From: Felis catus
Lineage: Eukaryota
Length of the DNA: 64,000 nt
NCBI RefSeq assembly: GCF_018350175.1
Contig: NC_058380.1
Coordinates: forward strand, 81,778,001 to 81,842,000
Direction of reading: 5' to 3'
Of this stretch, positions 11,768 to 23,759 are shown one piece after another (position 1 is the stretch's first letter; each line of letters opens with the position of its first letter). The translations under genes and the position numbers were made by a program. The notes beneath the pieces were generated by a model, which had not been told where the DNA came from, made no database searches, and was given only the letters and a program-made list of their open reading frames with translations.

Positions 11768-12774
11768 TGTGTCTATTTTTATGCAAGTACCATACTGTTT
11801 TGATCAAAGCTGTAGTAGAACTTGAAGTTTGGAATGGTGATGCCTCCAGCTTTGCTTTTCTTTTTCAAGGCTGTTTTGGCTATTCAGAGCCCTTTGCGGT
11901 TCCATACAAATTATAGGATTGTTTGTTCTCACTCTGTGAAAAATGCTGTTGGTATTTTAATAGGGCTTGCATTAAATGTGNNNNNNNNNNNNNNNNNNNN
12001 NNNNNNNNNNNNNNNNNNNNNNNNNNNNNNNNNNNNNNNNNNNNNNNNNNNNNNNNNNNNNNNNNNNNNNNNNNNNNNNNNNNNNNNNNNNNNNNNNNNN
12101 NNNNNNNNNNNNNCTTCACCTCTTTGGTTAGGTTTATTCCTAGGTATCTCATTGTTTTTGGTGCAATCCTAAATGGGGTCAATCCCTTAATTTCTCTTTG
12201 TGTTACTTCGTTATTGCTTTATAGAAATGCAACTCATTTCTGTATGTTAATTTTGTATCCTGAAACTTTACTGAATTCACTGTTCAGCTCTAGCAGATTT
12301 GTGGTGGTCTTTGGGCTTTCTATATAGATTATCATGTCATCTGCAAATAGTGAAAGTTTGACTTCTTCTTTGCTGATTTGGATGCCTTTTATTTCTTTTT
12401 CTTGTCTGATTGCTGTAGCTAAAACTATCAGTACTATTTTGAATAACTGTGATGAATGTATCATCCCTGTCTTGTTTCTGACCATGGAAGAAAAACTCTC
12501 CATTTTTCCACATTGAGGATGATATTAGCTGTGGGTTTTTCATATATGGCCTTTTTGATGTTGAGGTATATTCCCTCTAAACCCACTTAGTTGCAGGTTT
12601 TTATCATGAATGGATGTTGTACTTTGTCAAATGCTTTTTCTGTATATATTGAAATCATCATGTGTTTCTTATCCTTTATTAATGTAGTGTATCACATTGA
12701 TTAATTCTTGAATATTGAGCTACCCTTGCAACATAGGGGAAAAAAACCCACTTGACTGTCATGAATGATTCTTT

Positions 12775-14902
12775 CATTTTTTTTCTGGCATTAAAAAAAT
12801 TTATACATATAATTTATTGTCAAGTTAGCTAACATACAGTGTATATACTGTGTGCTCTTGGTTTTGGGGGTAGATTCCTGTGATTAATCACTTATATACA
12901 ACACCCACTGCTCATCCCAACAAGTGCCCTCCTCAATGTCCATCAATGATCTCCCCCCTCCTGCACCACCCCCATCACCCTCAGTTTGTTCTCTGTATAT
13001 ACGAGTCTCTTATGGTTTGCCTCCCTCTCTGTTTAAAACTATTTTTTCCACTTTCCTTCCCCCATGGTCTTTTGTTAAGTTTCTCATGTTCCACATATGA
13101 GTGAAAACATATATCTGTCTTTCTCTGACTTATTTAACTTAGCATAATAACCTCCAGTCCCATCCATGTTGTTGCAAATGGTATGATTTCATTCTTTCTC
13201 ATTGCCTAGTAGTATTCCATTGTAAATATAAACCATATCTTCTTTATCCATTCATCAGTTGATGGACATTTGGGCTCTTTCCACAATTTGGCTATTGTTG
13301 AAAGTACTGCTATAAACACTGGGGTACATCTGCTCCTATGAATCAGCACTCCTGTATCCTTTGGATAAATTCCTAGTAGCACTATTCCTGGGTTGTAGGG
13401 TACTTATATTTTTAATTTTTTGAGGAACCTCCAAACTGCTTTCCAGAGTGGCTGCACCAGTTTGCATTCCCACCTACAATGCAAGAAGGTTCCTGTTTCT
13501 CCACATCCTCACCAACACCTGTTGTTTCCTGGGTTGTCAATTTTNNNNNNNNNNNNNNNNNNNNNNNNNNNNNNNNNNNNNNNNNNNNNNNNNNNNNNNN
13601 NNNNNNNNNNNNNNNNNNNNNNNNNNNNNNNNNNNNNNNNNNNNNNNNNNNNNNNNNNNNNNNNNNNNNNNNNNNNNNNNNNNNNNNNNNNTTTCTTCAC
13701 TGGATTTTTTGTTTTTTAGGTGTTGGGTTTGGTAAGTTCTTTATAGATTTTGGATACTAACCCTTTATCAAATACGTCAGGTGCAAATATCTTCTCCCAT
13801 TCCATTGTTTGCCTTTTAGTTTTATTGACTGTTTCCTTTACAGTGTAGAAGGTTTTTATCTTGATGAGGTCCAATAGTTCATTTTTTCTTTTATTTCCCT
13901 TGCCTCCATAGATGTGTTGACCAAGAAATTGCTGCGGCTGAGGTCAAAGATATTACTGCCAGTTTTGATAGTTTCCTGGCTCACATTTAGGTCTTTCATC
14001 CCTTTTGAGTTTATTTTTGTTAATGGTGTAAGAAAGTGGTCTAGTTTCATTCTTCTGCATGTTGCTGTCCAGTTCTCCCAGCACCTTTTGCTAAAGAGAC
14101 TCTTTTTCCCTTTGGATACTCTTTCCTGCTTTGTCAAAGATTAGTTAGCCATACATTTGCAGGTCCAATTCTGGGTTCTCTATTCTATTCCATTGGTCTA
14201 TGTGTCTTTTCTTGTGCCAGAACCATACTGTCTTGATGATTATAGCCTTGTAGTAGATGCTAAAGTCCAGGATTGTAATGCCTCTTGCTTTGGTTTTCTT
14301 TTTCAACATAACTGTGGCTATTCGAGGTCTTGTGGGGTTCCATACAAATTTTAGGATTGTTTGTTCTAGCTTTGAGAAGNNNNNNNNNNNNNNNNNNNNN
14401 NNNNNNNNNNNNNNNNNNNNNNNNNNNNNNNNNNNNNNNNNNNNNNNNNNNNNNNNNNNNNNNNNNNNNNNNNNNNNNNNNNNNNNNNNNNNNNNNNNNN
14501 NNNNNNNNATCTCCTTCATAAATTTTCTTTTTTTTTTTTAATTTTAACGTTTATTTATTTTTGAGACAGAGAGAGACAGAGCATGAACAGGGGAGGGGCA
14601 GAGAGAGAGGGAAACACAGAATCCGAAACAGGCTCCAGGCTCTGAGCAGTCAGCACAGAGCCCGACACGGGGCTCGAACTCACGGACCATGAGATCATGA
14701 CCTGAGCCGAAGTTAGATGCTTAACCGACCGAGCCACCCAGGCGCCCCTCATAAATTTTCTATAGTTTTCAGCATACATATCTTTTACATCTTTGGTTAG
14801 GCTTATTCCTAGGTATTTTATGGTTCTTGGTGCAATTGTAAATGGGATCAATTTCTTGATTTCTCTTTCTGTTGCTTCATTTTTGGTGTATAGAAATGCA
14901 AC
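12775..14902 (-). mobile_element. Younger feline-type L1 nested in the older L1
   Basis: Own 3' UTR and T tract at left; ORF2 [19 protein letters not shown]; TSD tgattcttt at 12766-12774 and 14903-14911. Confidence 0.85.
14529..14748 (-). mobile_element. Young feline Can-SINE (SINEC_Fc-like), third nesting level
   Basis: Near-consensus, CpG-rich; TSD tcataaattttct at 14516-14528 and 14749-14761. Confidence 0.92.
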
Positions 14903-15419
14903 TGATTCTTTTAATGTATTGTAGGGTTCAGTTTGCTAGTATTTTACTGAGATTTTTGGATCTATGTTGATTAGGGCCACAGTTCTCTTTTTGTTGTGTC
15001 TTTACCTGTTTTGGTATCAGGGTAATGCTTGCCTCACAGAATGAATCTGGAAGTTTTCCGTCCTTTTCTGTTTTTTTGGGGGGGAGGGGATAGTTTCAGA
15101 GGAATTGGTATTAACTCTTCTTAAAATGTTTCGTAGAATTCACCTGTGAAGCCATCTGGTCTAGGACTTTGCTTTGTTGGCATTTTTTGATTACTGATTA
15201 AATTTCTTTGCAGGTTATCAGTCTGTCCAAGTTTTCTACTTCTTCCTGCTGCAGTTTTGATGATTTATATGTTTCTAGGAATTTATCCATTTCTTCTACG
15301 TTGTGCAAATAGTTTTCCAGGTTGGCAAATAGTTTTCCATAATATTCTCTTACAATTTTTTGTATTTTCTGTAGTGTTGGCTGTTATTTCTTCTCTCTCA
15401 CTGAGTCATTAGTGTACGT

Positions 15420-16250
15420 TGCAGCTTTCCTTATTATGTAATTATCAAATATTTGAGTACAGTATTTTGTCTTTATACCTCTACATTTTTTTCTTACTTG
15501 GAATGGCATCCTTGTCCTGAGACCATAAATATATACTCCTTTTTAGCTTATACTCACTTTATGGTTTGGATTTTGTTTTTACTTTTAGTTTGTTCATTCA
15601 TATAGAATTATTTCTATGTGTGTTAAGATATAAATCTAGTCTTCTCTTTTCAAAAGCTGCAGCCAATTGACATAAATATCATATATCTTATTTAATAGTT
15701 CATCCATTTTTCATTGCTATGAGATAAATATTATATATTAATTTCTATGTAGATTAAGATCTATAAACATGTATAAACACAGGTATACAGAATTCTTTAT
15801 GTTGACCCTTCATTTGTTTTTCTCTGTGTGTACTATTATCTTACTGTTTCTCATTGTTATGTACTTTGATTTTTGGTTAGAAAACTTCTCTGAAATTCTA
15901 ATTTTTTCAAAATTATTTTCTCTCATTACCCACTTACTCTTCTAGATGAGTTTTAGAATGACCTTCTCAAGTCCCATTAAAAATTCTTTGAGTTTGAATT
16001 TGATGCCATAAATATCTTTGTACAAATGACTTTGACACTTCAAAAAGGGCTTTTGGGGTGTTATTACACATGCATTGATCTTTATTAGTTGAGAAAATTG
16101 ACTTTTTTCTAGCCTTACTGAAATATAATGGACACATAACATTTTGTAAGTTTAAGGTGAAACAAGATGGTGATGTGATGCCCTTACACATTCTGAAATG
16201 ACCACCACAATAGAGTTGGTTAACTCCTCCATCACTGCACAAAAATGACC
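15420..16250 (-). mobile_element. Old L1M fragments plus a short L1MA-type 3' tip (about 16105-16250)
   Basis: Degenerate antisense L1; ttactgaaatataatggacacataacattttgtaagtttaaggtg terminus. Confidence 0.55.
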
Positions 16251-16627
16251 ATATCTTTTTATGTGTGTTTCTTATCATGATATTGGTAAGAAAGGGACTT
16301 ACATTCAAAGTCTTCTATTTCAATAATATTTGAAGGTTTAGAATGAAGACTTCATAGTCTTTTAATCAGAAAAATTAACATATTTTAAAACTAACCACAA
16401 TAACATGGGCTATCCATGGTAGTATTCCTATTTTGACTGGCATCCTTTTCTAAAACTTCAAGTATCTGGATCATATTGGCCAAACAAAAATACTTAAATA
16501 AACAGTAAGCAAATTTTGCTATGAAGACCTAAGCAAGTCTCATCAGACTTCTGTGGATACCAAGGAGCACTGATGACATTTGTTGCTCCCTTTTGTTCCA
16601 TCCCCATTACTACTACTACCACCTCTG

Positions 16628-16734
16628 GTCCCATGAGTAGGAGAGACTCCTAATGAGAGGACCTAATTCATGGAAACCCCTTGTATGAAAGCATCCTGAT
16701 TCAAGGTGGAACTCAGCAGCCTCTTCCCCTGGGA
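16628..16734 (+). promoter_or_regulatory. Candidate homeodomain and O/E (Ebf) motif cluster upstream of OR gene 2
   Basis: TAATGA 16651-16656, TAATTC 16664-16669, perfect TCCCCTGGGA 16725-16734. Confidence 0.35.
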
Positions 16735-17086
16735 CATGAAGGAAAACAGAGGATAAAGAGTTGTTCAGGAAACCACCTAAGAAGAATATCGTTCTAAAAT
16801 TTTTGAGAAGAACTCACACACATTAGGCTACCTAGAAGTTCCTAAGAAGCATGGGACACACTTTTAGTTTCTCGTTGGAAAAGCAACTGGAATTTTCTTT
16901 ATTTTTTCCTTGTTGGATTTTATTCTCTATCTCAGTAGTTTCTTAAAGTAAATGTGTTTTGAAATTCTAACAAAAGCAGAGAGATTATTTTTCTAGGCTG
17001 CAGATTAGGGAAGAAGCTGAATTGATGAAATTGCCTTTTACATCTCTCCAACTGCTTCTCCACACCCTGTCCAGGAAGGCACAGAC

Positions 17087-18019
17087 ATGGAGACCAAGAA
17101 CTACAGCAGTGACTCAGGCTTTATCCTCCTGGGCCTCTCTTCCAACCCTCAGCTACAGAAACCTCTCTTTGCCATCTTCCTCATCATGTACCTGGTCACC
17201 GTGCTGGGCAATGTACTCATCATCCTGGCCATCCACTCAGACCCTCGGCTCCATACCCCCATGTACTTTTTCCTCAGCAACCTATCATTCATGGATATCT
17301 GCTTCACAACTGTCACTGTACCCAAGATGCTGGTGAATTTACTGTCAGAGACAAAGGCGATCTCCTTCCTGGGATGCCTGGTCCAGATGTACTTCTTCAT
17401 GGCCTGTGGGAACACTGACAGTTACCTGCTGGCCTCCATGGCCATAGACCGGCTGGTAGCCATCTGCCACCCCTTCCATTACAATAGGGTTATGAATCCA
17501 CGGCGCTGCCTCCTCATGCTGCTGGGTTCTTACACCATCTCCCACCTGCACTCCCTGCTCCGTGTGCTACTCATGTCCCGCCTGTCCTTCTGTGCCTCCC
17601 ATGTCATTAAGCACTTTTTTTGTGACACCCAGCCTGTGCTAAAGCTATCCTGCTCTGACACGTCCTCCAGCCAGATTGTGGTCATGACCGAGACCCTGGC
17701 TGTCATCGCAACCCCCTTTCTGTGCATTCTCTTCTCCTACCTGCGAATCATCGTCACTGTGCTCAGAATTCCCTCTGCAGCCGGCAAGTGGAAGGCCTTC
17801 TCTACCTGTAGCTCCCACCTCACCATAGTGGCGTTGTTCTATGGGAGTATCACCTATGTGTATTTCAGGCCCCTGTCGATGTACTCAGTGGTGAAGGACC
17901 GGGTAGCCACAGTCATGTACACAGTAGTGACACCCATGCTGAACCCCTTCATCTATAGCCTGAGGAACAAAGATATGAAGAGGGGTTTGAGGAAATTAAG
18001 GGACAGAATTCACTCATAG
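17087..18019 (+). CDS. OR1L6: Olfactory receptor, OR1L4/OR1L6-like (310 aa, intact)
   Basis: Same motifs as gene 1, 9 amino acid differences; symbol by gene order only. Confidence 0.9.
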   Translation: METKNYSSDSGFILLGLSSNPQLQKPLFAIFLIMYLVTVLGNVLIILAIHSDPRLHTPMYFFLSNLSFMDICFTTVTVPKMLVNLLSETKAISFLGCLVQMYFFMACGNTDSYLLASMAIDRLVAICHPFHYNRVMNPRRCLLMLLGSYTISHLHSLLRVLLMSRLSFCASHVIKHFFCDTQPVLKLSCSDTSSSQIVVMTETLAVIATPFLCILFSYLRIIVTVLRIPSAAGKWKAFSTCSSHLTIVALFYGSITYVYFRPLSMYSVVKDRVATVMYTVVTPMLNPFIYSLRNKDMKRGLRKLRDRIHS

Positions 18020-18138
18020 AAAGAAAAAATTGATGGAATGTCTTAATTGGGAGATGACCCAAGAAATGATCATGTTATCTTTCCCTCCTATCCATTTTTT
18101 CACATGACACACAAAGAGGTCATTTAAAGTAGTGTTGA

Positions 18139-18360
18139 GAGGCTCCTGGGTGGCTCAGTCCATTGAGCATCCAACTTCGGCTCAGGTCATGATCTCGCAG
18201 TTTGTGGGTTTGAGCCCCATGTCCGGCTCTGTGCTGACAGCTCAGAGCCTGGAGCCTGCTTCAGATTCTATGTCTCCCTCTCTCTCTGCCACCCACCCCA
18301 CACTCTGTCTCTCTCTCCTTCAAAAGTAAACAAACATTAAAAATTTTTTTTTTAATAATA
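18139..18360 (+). mobile_element. Can-SINE in the 3' region of OR gene 2
   Basis: TSD a(a/g)gtagtgttga at 18127-18138 and 18361-18372; empty site in paralog at 3351-3362. Confidence 0.92.
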
Positions 18361-21144
18361 AGGTAGTGTTGAAAAGAAATAAGAGCCCTGACTGGGAAGC
18401 TAGAATACTTAGTTTCTATCAAAAACCTTGACCAAATACATGTACAATCCAGGACAAGTGCCGCTAGGAACCCACATTTCAGGAAAGCTATTTCTGCCCC
18501 CTATATAAATAAAATTATCTTGAAGTACAATAAGGCGTCTTCCAATCCCTCCTCTATGGACTTGACTTTGGCTAATACTCAAGAAATTACAAAGTCCTAT
18601 TCATTTTGAGAATAAGAAGTTACAGGAATTCAGTAGGGAATTTGGAATGACTTCTTAGAATAACAACTTGAGACTGTCCTTAAGGATGTCCTTAAGGATT
18701 GACAGAGCAAGTTCAATAGAGCAGCAAGTGGACAGAGCATTCTAAACAGTGGGAACCACACAAAGAGGAAAAGGCAATAAGTACTGGAATGTGTTTGAGG
18801 GACAGCAGAAACTCCAATGCTGCTTGTTCAATTTGAGAACAGAGAGAATAAGTCTGAAAAGATGGAAGAATATACAAAACACATTTAGTGCCCCCACTAA
18901 TACCAATGGGTCCTCACAGTGAATTCTCAGCTTTTGACCCCTTTTCCTTTCCCTTTTATTCTGCCTTTGTTCACATGTCCATGATCCTCATGAAATGCCC
19001 TTTATATCTGGAAGAAGGCAATGTGTATCTGTCAGGATAAGCAAGGTTGTTCTGAGGAAACAATCTCAAAATCACTGGACCTTGAAACCAAAGGTTTATT
19101 TCATATTCACACTGCATGTCCACCATTAAAAAGCATAAGGGTGCTTCTCATTTTAAACATTCTGTGACCAAAGTTGATGGAGAAACACCATTGCAAATGC
19201 TTATCATCGCTCTGAAAAATTTTGCCCTGGCATCAAAACGCTCTGGTCTGGGAGTGACTCATAACATTTGTAACCACAACTCATTGTCAACAACTAATCT
19301 CCCAAAAGTTCACACTAAAGGGAATTTTAGATAACAAGAGACCCTGAGATAATACGTTGTGGTGAAAGAGAAGGTTCATCCTTCTCTGTCACATAGAGTG
19401 CTGTCTCTGTCAGAATAGGAGGACATCCTCTGTCAGAATATCCTGCCACCCTTTAGAAGGAGTGAGCTGATGTGAACAGATGCTATCAAAGGACTTGAAT
19501 CAAAGTTTTGCTACCCAAACAAAGGAGCCTAGGGTGAACCTGGAAATTTGCTAATAAACATTGGTAAGAATGAAATAAATCTCTTCTGAAAGTAAATATA
19601 GTCAGAGGCAAGGTCAAAGCAGTCCATCTGAACACCTTGCCAAGTCAGGTGAAAGCTTCTACATGACCCTAGGGAGTAGAGAGGAACCCCCTTGACAGCT
19701 CCTCCTCCCACCATGTAGATACCTGCGAGGCTGGTTGATTCCAATAGTGGAATAATGCTACAGGTATGTCCTTTAATGAGGAAATTGTGAAGGGAAATGT
19801 ATTGGATCCTTACACACATACAAGCTCATTAAACATATGTAAAGGTTGGACATTTGGCTCAAGGCTAAACCAAAATATTGAGTTTCTTGAACATATTTTG
19901 CCTTTTTATCAGAATGAATGACATAAACTAGGAGGATTATGAAACATGAAGGCTGAGGAGGACTAGGGAAGAGTGCTGAGTATTTCTGACATTGAAGAGT
20001 CTGATAGGGAAGGTATTACCAAAGAGGATTGAAAGGAAGTAATCATATAATTCAAGGATAGAATAAGGCTCAAGAGGCTGTGTCAACAACATTAAAATAT
20101 TAACAGAGTTGAAGCAAAACAGTCTGGAAGACTTTCCATTGCCCTTAATGATATGAAGGCCATTAGTGACTTTGTTAATGAGGTTGCAATGGAGGAATCG
20201 AAAGGAGGCAGACTACAGCGTGTTAAGGATTCAGTTGTGATTCTATGCACTCACAATGAGCAATCTGAAATAAGAAAACTACCTCATCAGTAGCATCAGA
20301 AAGAAAAAATTACTTAGGAATACACTCAACTAATGAGATGAAAGACTTAATCACTGGAAACAAAAGCATTTGATGAAAGAAATAAAAGAAGGACCCAAGA
20401 AAATGGAAAAATGTCACATGTTTATAGCTTGGAAGACTAAGTATTGTTAAAATGACCATTATAACCAAAGTGATCTACAGATTCAATTCAGTCTCTATTA
20501 AAATCCTAAAATCTCAATGGCATTTTTTATAGAAATAAACAAAAGAATCCTAAAATCCACATGAAAGTACGAGGAATTCCAAATAGCAAAACCAGTCTTG
20601 AGAATATAAAACAAAATATTAGTCAGCCATTAAAAAGAACGAAATTTTGCCATTTGCAACAACGTGGATGGAGCCAGAGTGTGTAACGGTAAATGAAATA
20701 AGTCAATCGGAGAAAGACAAATACCATATAATTTCACTCATATGTGGAATTTAAGAAACAAAACAGATGAACATAGGGGAAGGGAAGGAAAAATAAGATA
20801 AAAGCAAAGAGGGAGGCAAACCATAAGAGACTCTTAGCTATAGAGGACAAACTGAGGGGGGGGGGGGCAGGGGGAAATGGGCTAAATGGGTGATGGGCAT
20901 TAAGAAGGGCACTTGTGATGAACACTCTATGTAAATGATGAACCACTAAATTCTACTCCTGAAGGCATTATTACACTATATGTTAACTAACTTGGATTTA
21001 ATTTTTCTTAAATGACCACATGAAAAAAAATAATATACAATGAGGACACGGTAGTCTCTTCAAAAAATGATGTTATGAAAACTAGATATCCACATGCAAA
21101 GGAATGAAATTGGACTCTTATACTACTTACTAAAACCAACTTTA

Positions 21145-21412
21145 GGGGCACCTGGGTGGCTCAGTCGGTTAGGCGGCCGACTTCGGCTCAGGTCATGATC
21201 TCATGGTCCGTGAGTTCGAGCCCCGCATCGGGCTCTGTGCTGACACCTCAGAGCCTGGAGCCTGCTTCAGATTCTGTGTCTCCCTCTCTCTCTCTGACCC
21301 TCCCCCATTCATGCTCTGTCTCTCTCTGTCTCAAAAATAAATAAACGTTAAAAAAAATTTTTTTAATAGCTGAAAGGTAACAGGTTATTTAAAAAAAATA
21401 ATAAAAAATAAA
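21145..21412 (+). mobile_element. Feline Can-SINE with extra unique 3' sequence
   Basis: TSD taaaaccaactt at 21131-21142 and 21413-21424. Confidence 0.92.
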
Positions 21413-22838
21413 TAAAACCAACTTCAAATTGATGAAAGACTTAACTGTAAGTCCTAAAACCATAAAATTGTTCAAATAAAACTTATGGGTAAAGCTACTT
21501 GACATTGGTGTTGACAGTGATTGATTGCTTGGATAGGACACCAAAAAAAAAGGCAACAAAAGCAAAACTAGAGGAATGAAATACATCACACTAAAAATCT
21601 TCTACAAAGCAAACAAAACAATCAACACAGTGGAAAAAGGCAACCTAGGGAATAGGAGAAAATATTTGCAAAACATACCAGATAATCTATTAGGTTAATA
21701 GATTAATCCATTATCAGATACATTGTACAGAAACTGTATTTTCCTCCAATTCAGTAGCAAAAACCCAAATACCCTGATTTTAAAATGGGCTATGGATTCA
21801 AATATTTCTCCAAAGAAGACAGAAAAATGGCCAAAAAATATATGAAAATATACTCAAGATTGTTAACCATCATGAAAGAAATTGAAGATGACACAAATGG
21901 AAATACATTCCATGTTCATGGACTAGAGAATAAATGTTGTTAAAATGTCCATAACACTCAAANNNNNNNNNNNNNNNNNNNNNNNNNNNNNNNNNNNNNN
22001 NNNNNNNNNNNNNNNNNNNNNNNNNNNNNNNNNNNNNNNNNNNNNNNNNNNNNNNNNNNNNNNNNNNNNNNNNNNNNNNNNNNNNNNNNNNNNNACTGAA
22101 GGTATCACAATCCCAGATTTCAAGACATACCACAAAGCTTTAGTAAGCAGAACAGTGTGGTACTGACCCAAAACAGACACATAGATCAATGGAACTGAAT
22201 AGAGAGCCCAGAAATAAACCCACCATTACACGGCCAATTGATCTATGACAAAGGAGGCAAGAATATNNNNNNNNNNNNNNNNNNNNNNNNNNNNNNNNNN
22301 NNNNNNNNNNNNNNNNNNNNNNNNNNNNNNNNNNNNNNNNNNNNNNNNNNNNNNNNNNNNNNNNNNNNNNNNNNNNNNNNNNNNNNNNNNNNNNNNNNNN
22401 NNNNNNNNNNNNNNNNNNNNNNNNNNNNNNNNNNNNNNNNNNNTTCTCTGACATTGGCCATAGCAACATTTTTCTAGGTATATTTCCTGAGGCAAGGGAA
22501 ATAAAAGCAAAAGTAAACTTTTGGGACCACATCAAACTAGAAAGCTTCTGCACAGCAAAGGAAAGAATCAACAAAACTAAAAGAAAAGAAAAACTATTGA
22601 ATGGAGAAGATATTTGCAAATGGAAGACCTGATAGGGATTAATATCCAAAAAATACAAGAGCTTATGCAACTCAACATCAGGAAAACAAATNNNNNNNNN
22701 NNNNNNNNNNNNNNNNNNNNNNNNNNNNNNNNNNNNNNNNNNNNNNNNNNNNNNNNNNNNNNNNNNNNNNNNNNNNNNNNNNNNNNNNNNNNNNNNNNNN
22801 NNNNNNNNNNNNNNNNNNNNNNNNNNNNNNNNNNNNNN

Positions 22839-22985
22839 CTCAGTTGCTTAAGCATCTGACTTGATTCTGGCTCAGGTCATGGTCTCAGTGGGTTCGTAAG
22901 ATTGAGCCTCGAGTCACATTGGGCTCTGAGCTCTGAGCTGGCAGCTCAGAGCCTGCTTTGGATTCTCTCTCCCCCTTTCTCTCTC
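22839..22985 (+). mobile_element. Can-SINE, partial, bounded by N gaps
   Basis: ctcagttgcttaagcatctgact...ggctcaggtcatg...ggattctctct. Confidence 0.8.
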
Positions 22986-23759
22986 TNNNNNNNNNNNNNN
23001 NNNNNNNNNNNNNNNNNNNNNNNNNNNNNNNNNNNNNNNNNNNNNNNNNNNNNNNNNNNNNNNNNNNNNNNNNNNNNNNNNNNNNNNNNNNNNNNNNNNN
23101 NNNNNNNNNNNNNNGGGCTCTCTCCATAGTTCAGCTATTGTTGATAATGCTGCTATGAACAATGGGGTGCCGGTACCCTTCAAATCTGTATTTTTATATC
23201 CTTTGGGTAAAGACCTAAGAGTGCAATTGCTGACTCATAGAGTAATTCTATCTTTAGTTTTTTGAGGAACCTCCATACTGTTCTCCAGAGTGGCTGTACC
23301 AGTTTCTATTCCCACCAACAGTGCAAGCATGTTCCCTTTTCCCAGAATCCTCGCCAACACCTGTTATTTCTTGTGTTGTTAATTTTAGCCATTCAGACAG
23401 GCTTGAGGTGGTATCTCAATGTGGTTTCGATTTTTTCCCCCTGATGATGAGTGACATTGAGAAAATTTTTTAAAAAACAACATCATTCACCATCAGGGAA
23501 ATGTAAATGAAAGCCACCATGAGATAATACCTCACACTTGTTAGGGTGGCCATTACCAAAACAAAACAAAACAAAACAAAACAAAACAGAAAATAACAAA
23601 TGTTGGTGGGGATGTGGAGAAAATAGAACCCTGTGTACTCACTACTGATAAGAATGTAAAATGATGCAGCCACCGTAGAAAACAGTATGAAGATTTCTCA
23701 ACTTAGGCAACATGTTGCTCATTTGATTTTCTTTTCCACTGAGGTTAGGGTAGAGCTGA

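Larger units (their letters stand above)
10345..15400 (-). mobile_element. Carnivore L1 (ORF2 part) hosting a SINE and a nested younger L1
   Basis: Antisense ORF2 peptides such as [36 protein letters not shown] (RT FADD motif). Confidence 0.9.
20240..23700 (+). mobile_element. Old L1 ORF2 backbone interrupted by carnivore L1 pieces (20615-21005 +, 21874-22691 +, 23114-23465 -) and SINEs
   Basis: ORF2 peptides GITIPDFKTYHKA and [17 protein letters not shown]; L1 3' UTR at 20745-21005. Confidence 0.8.
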
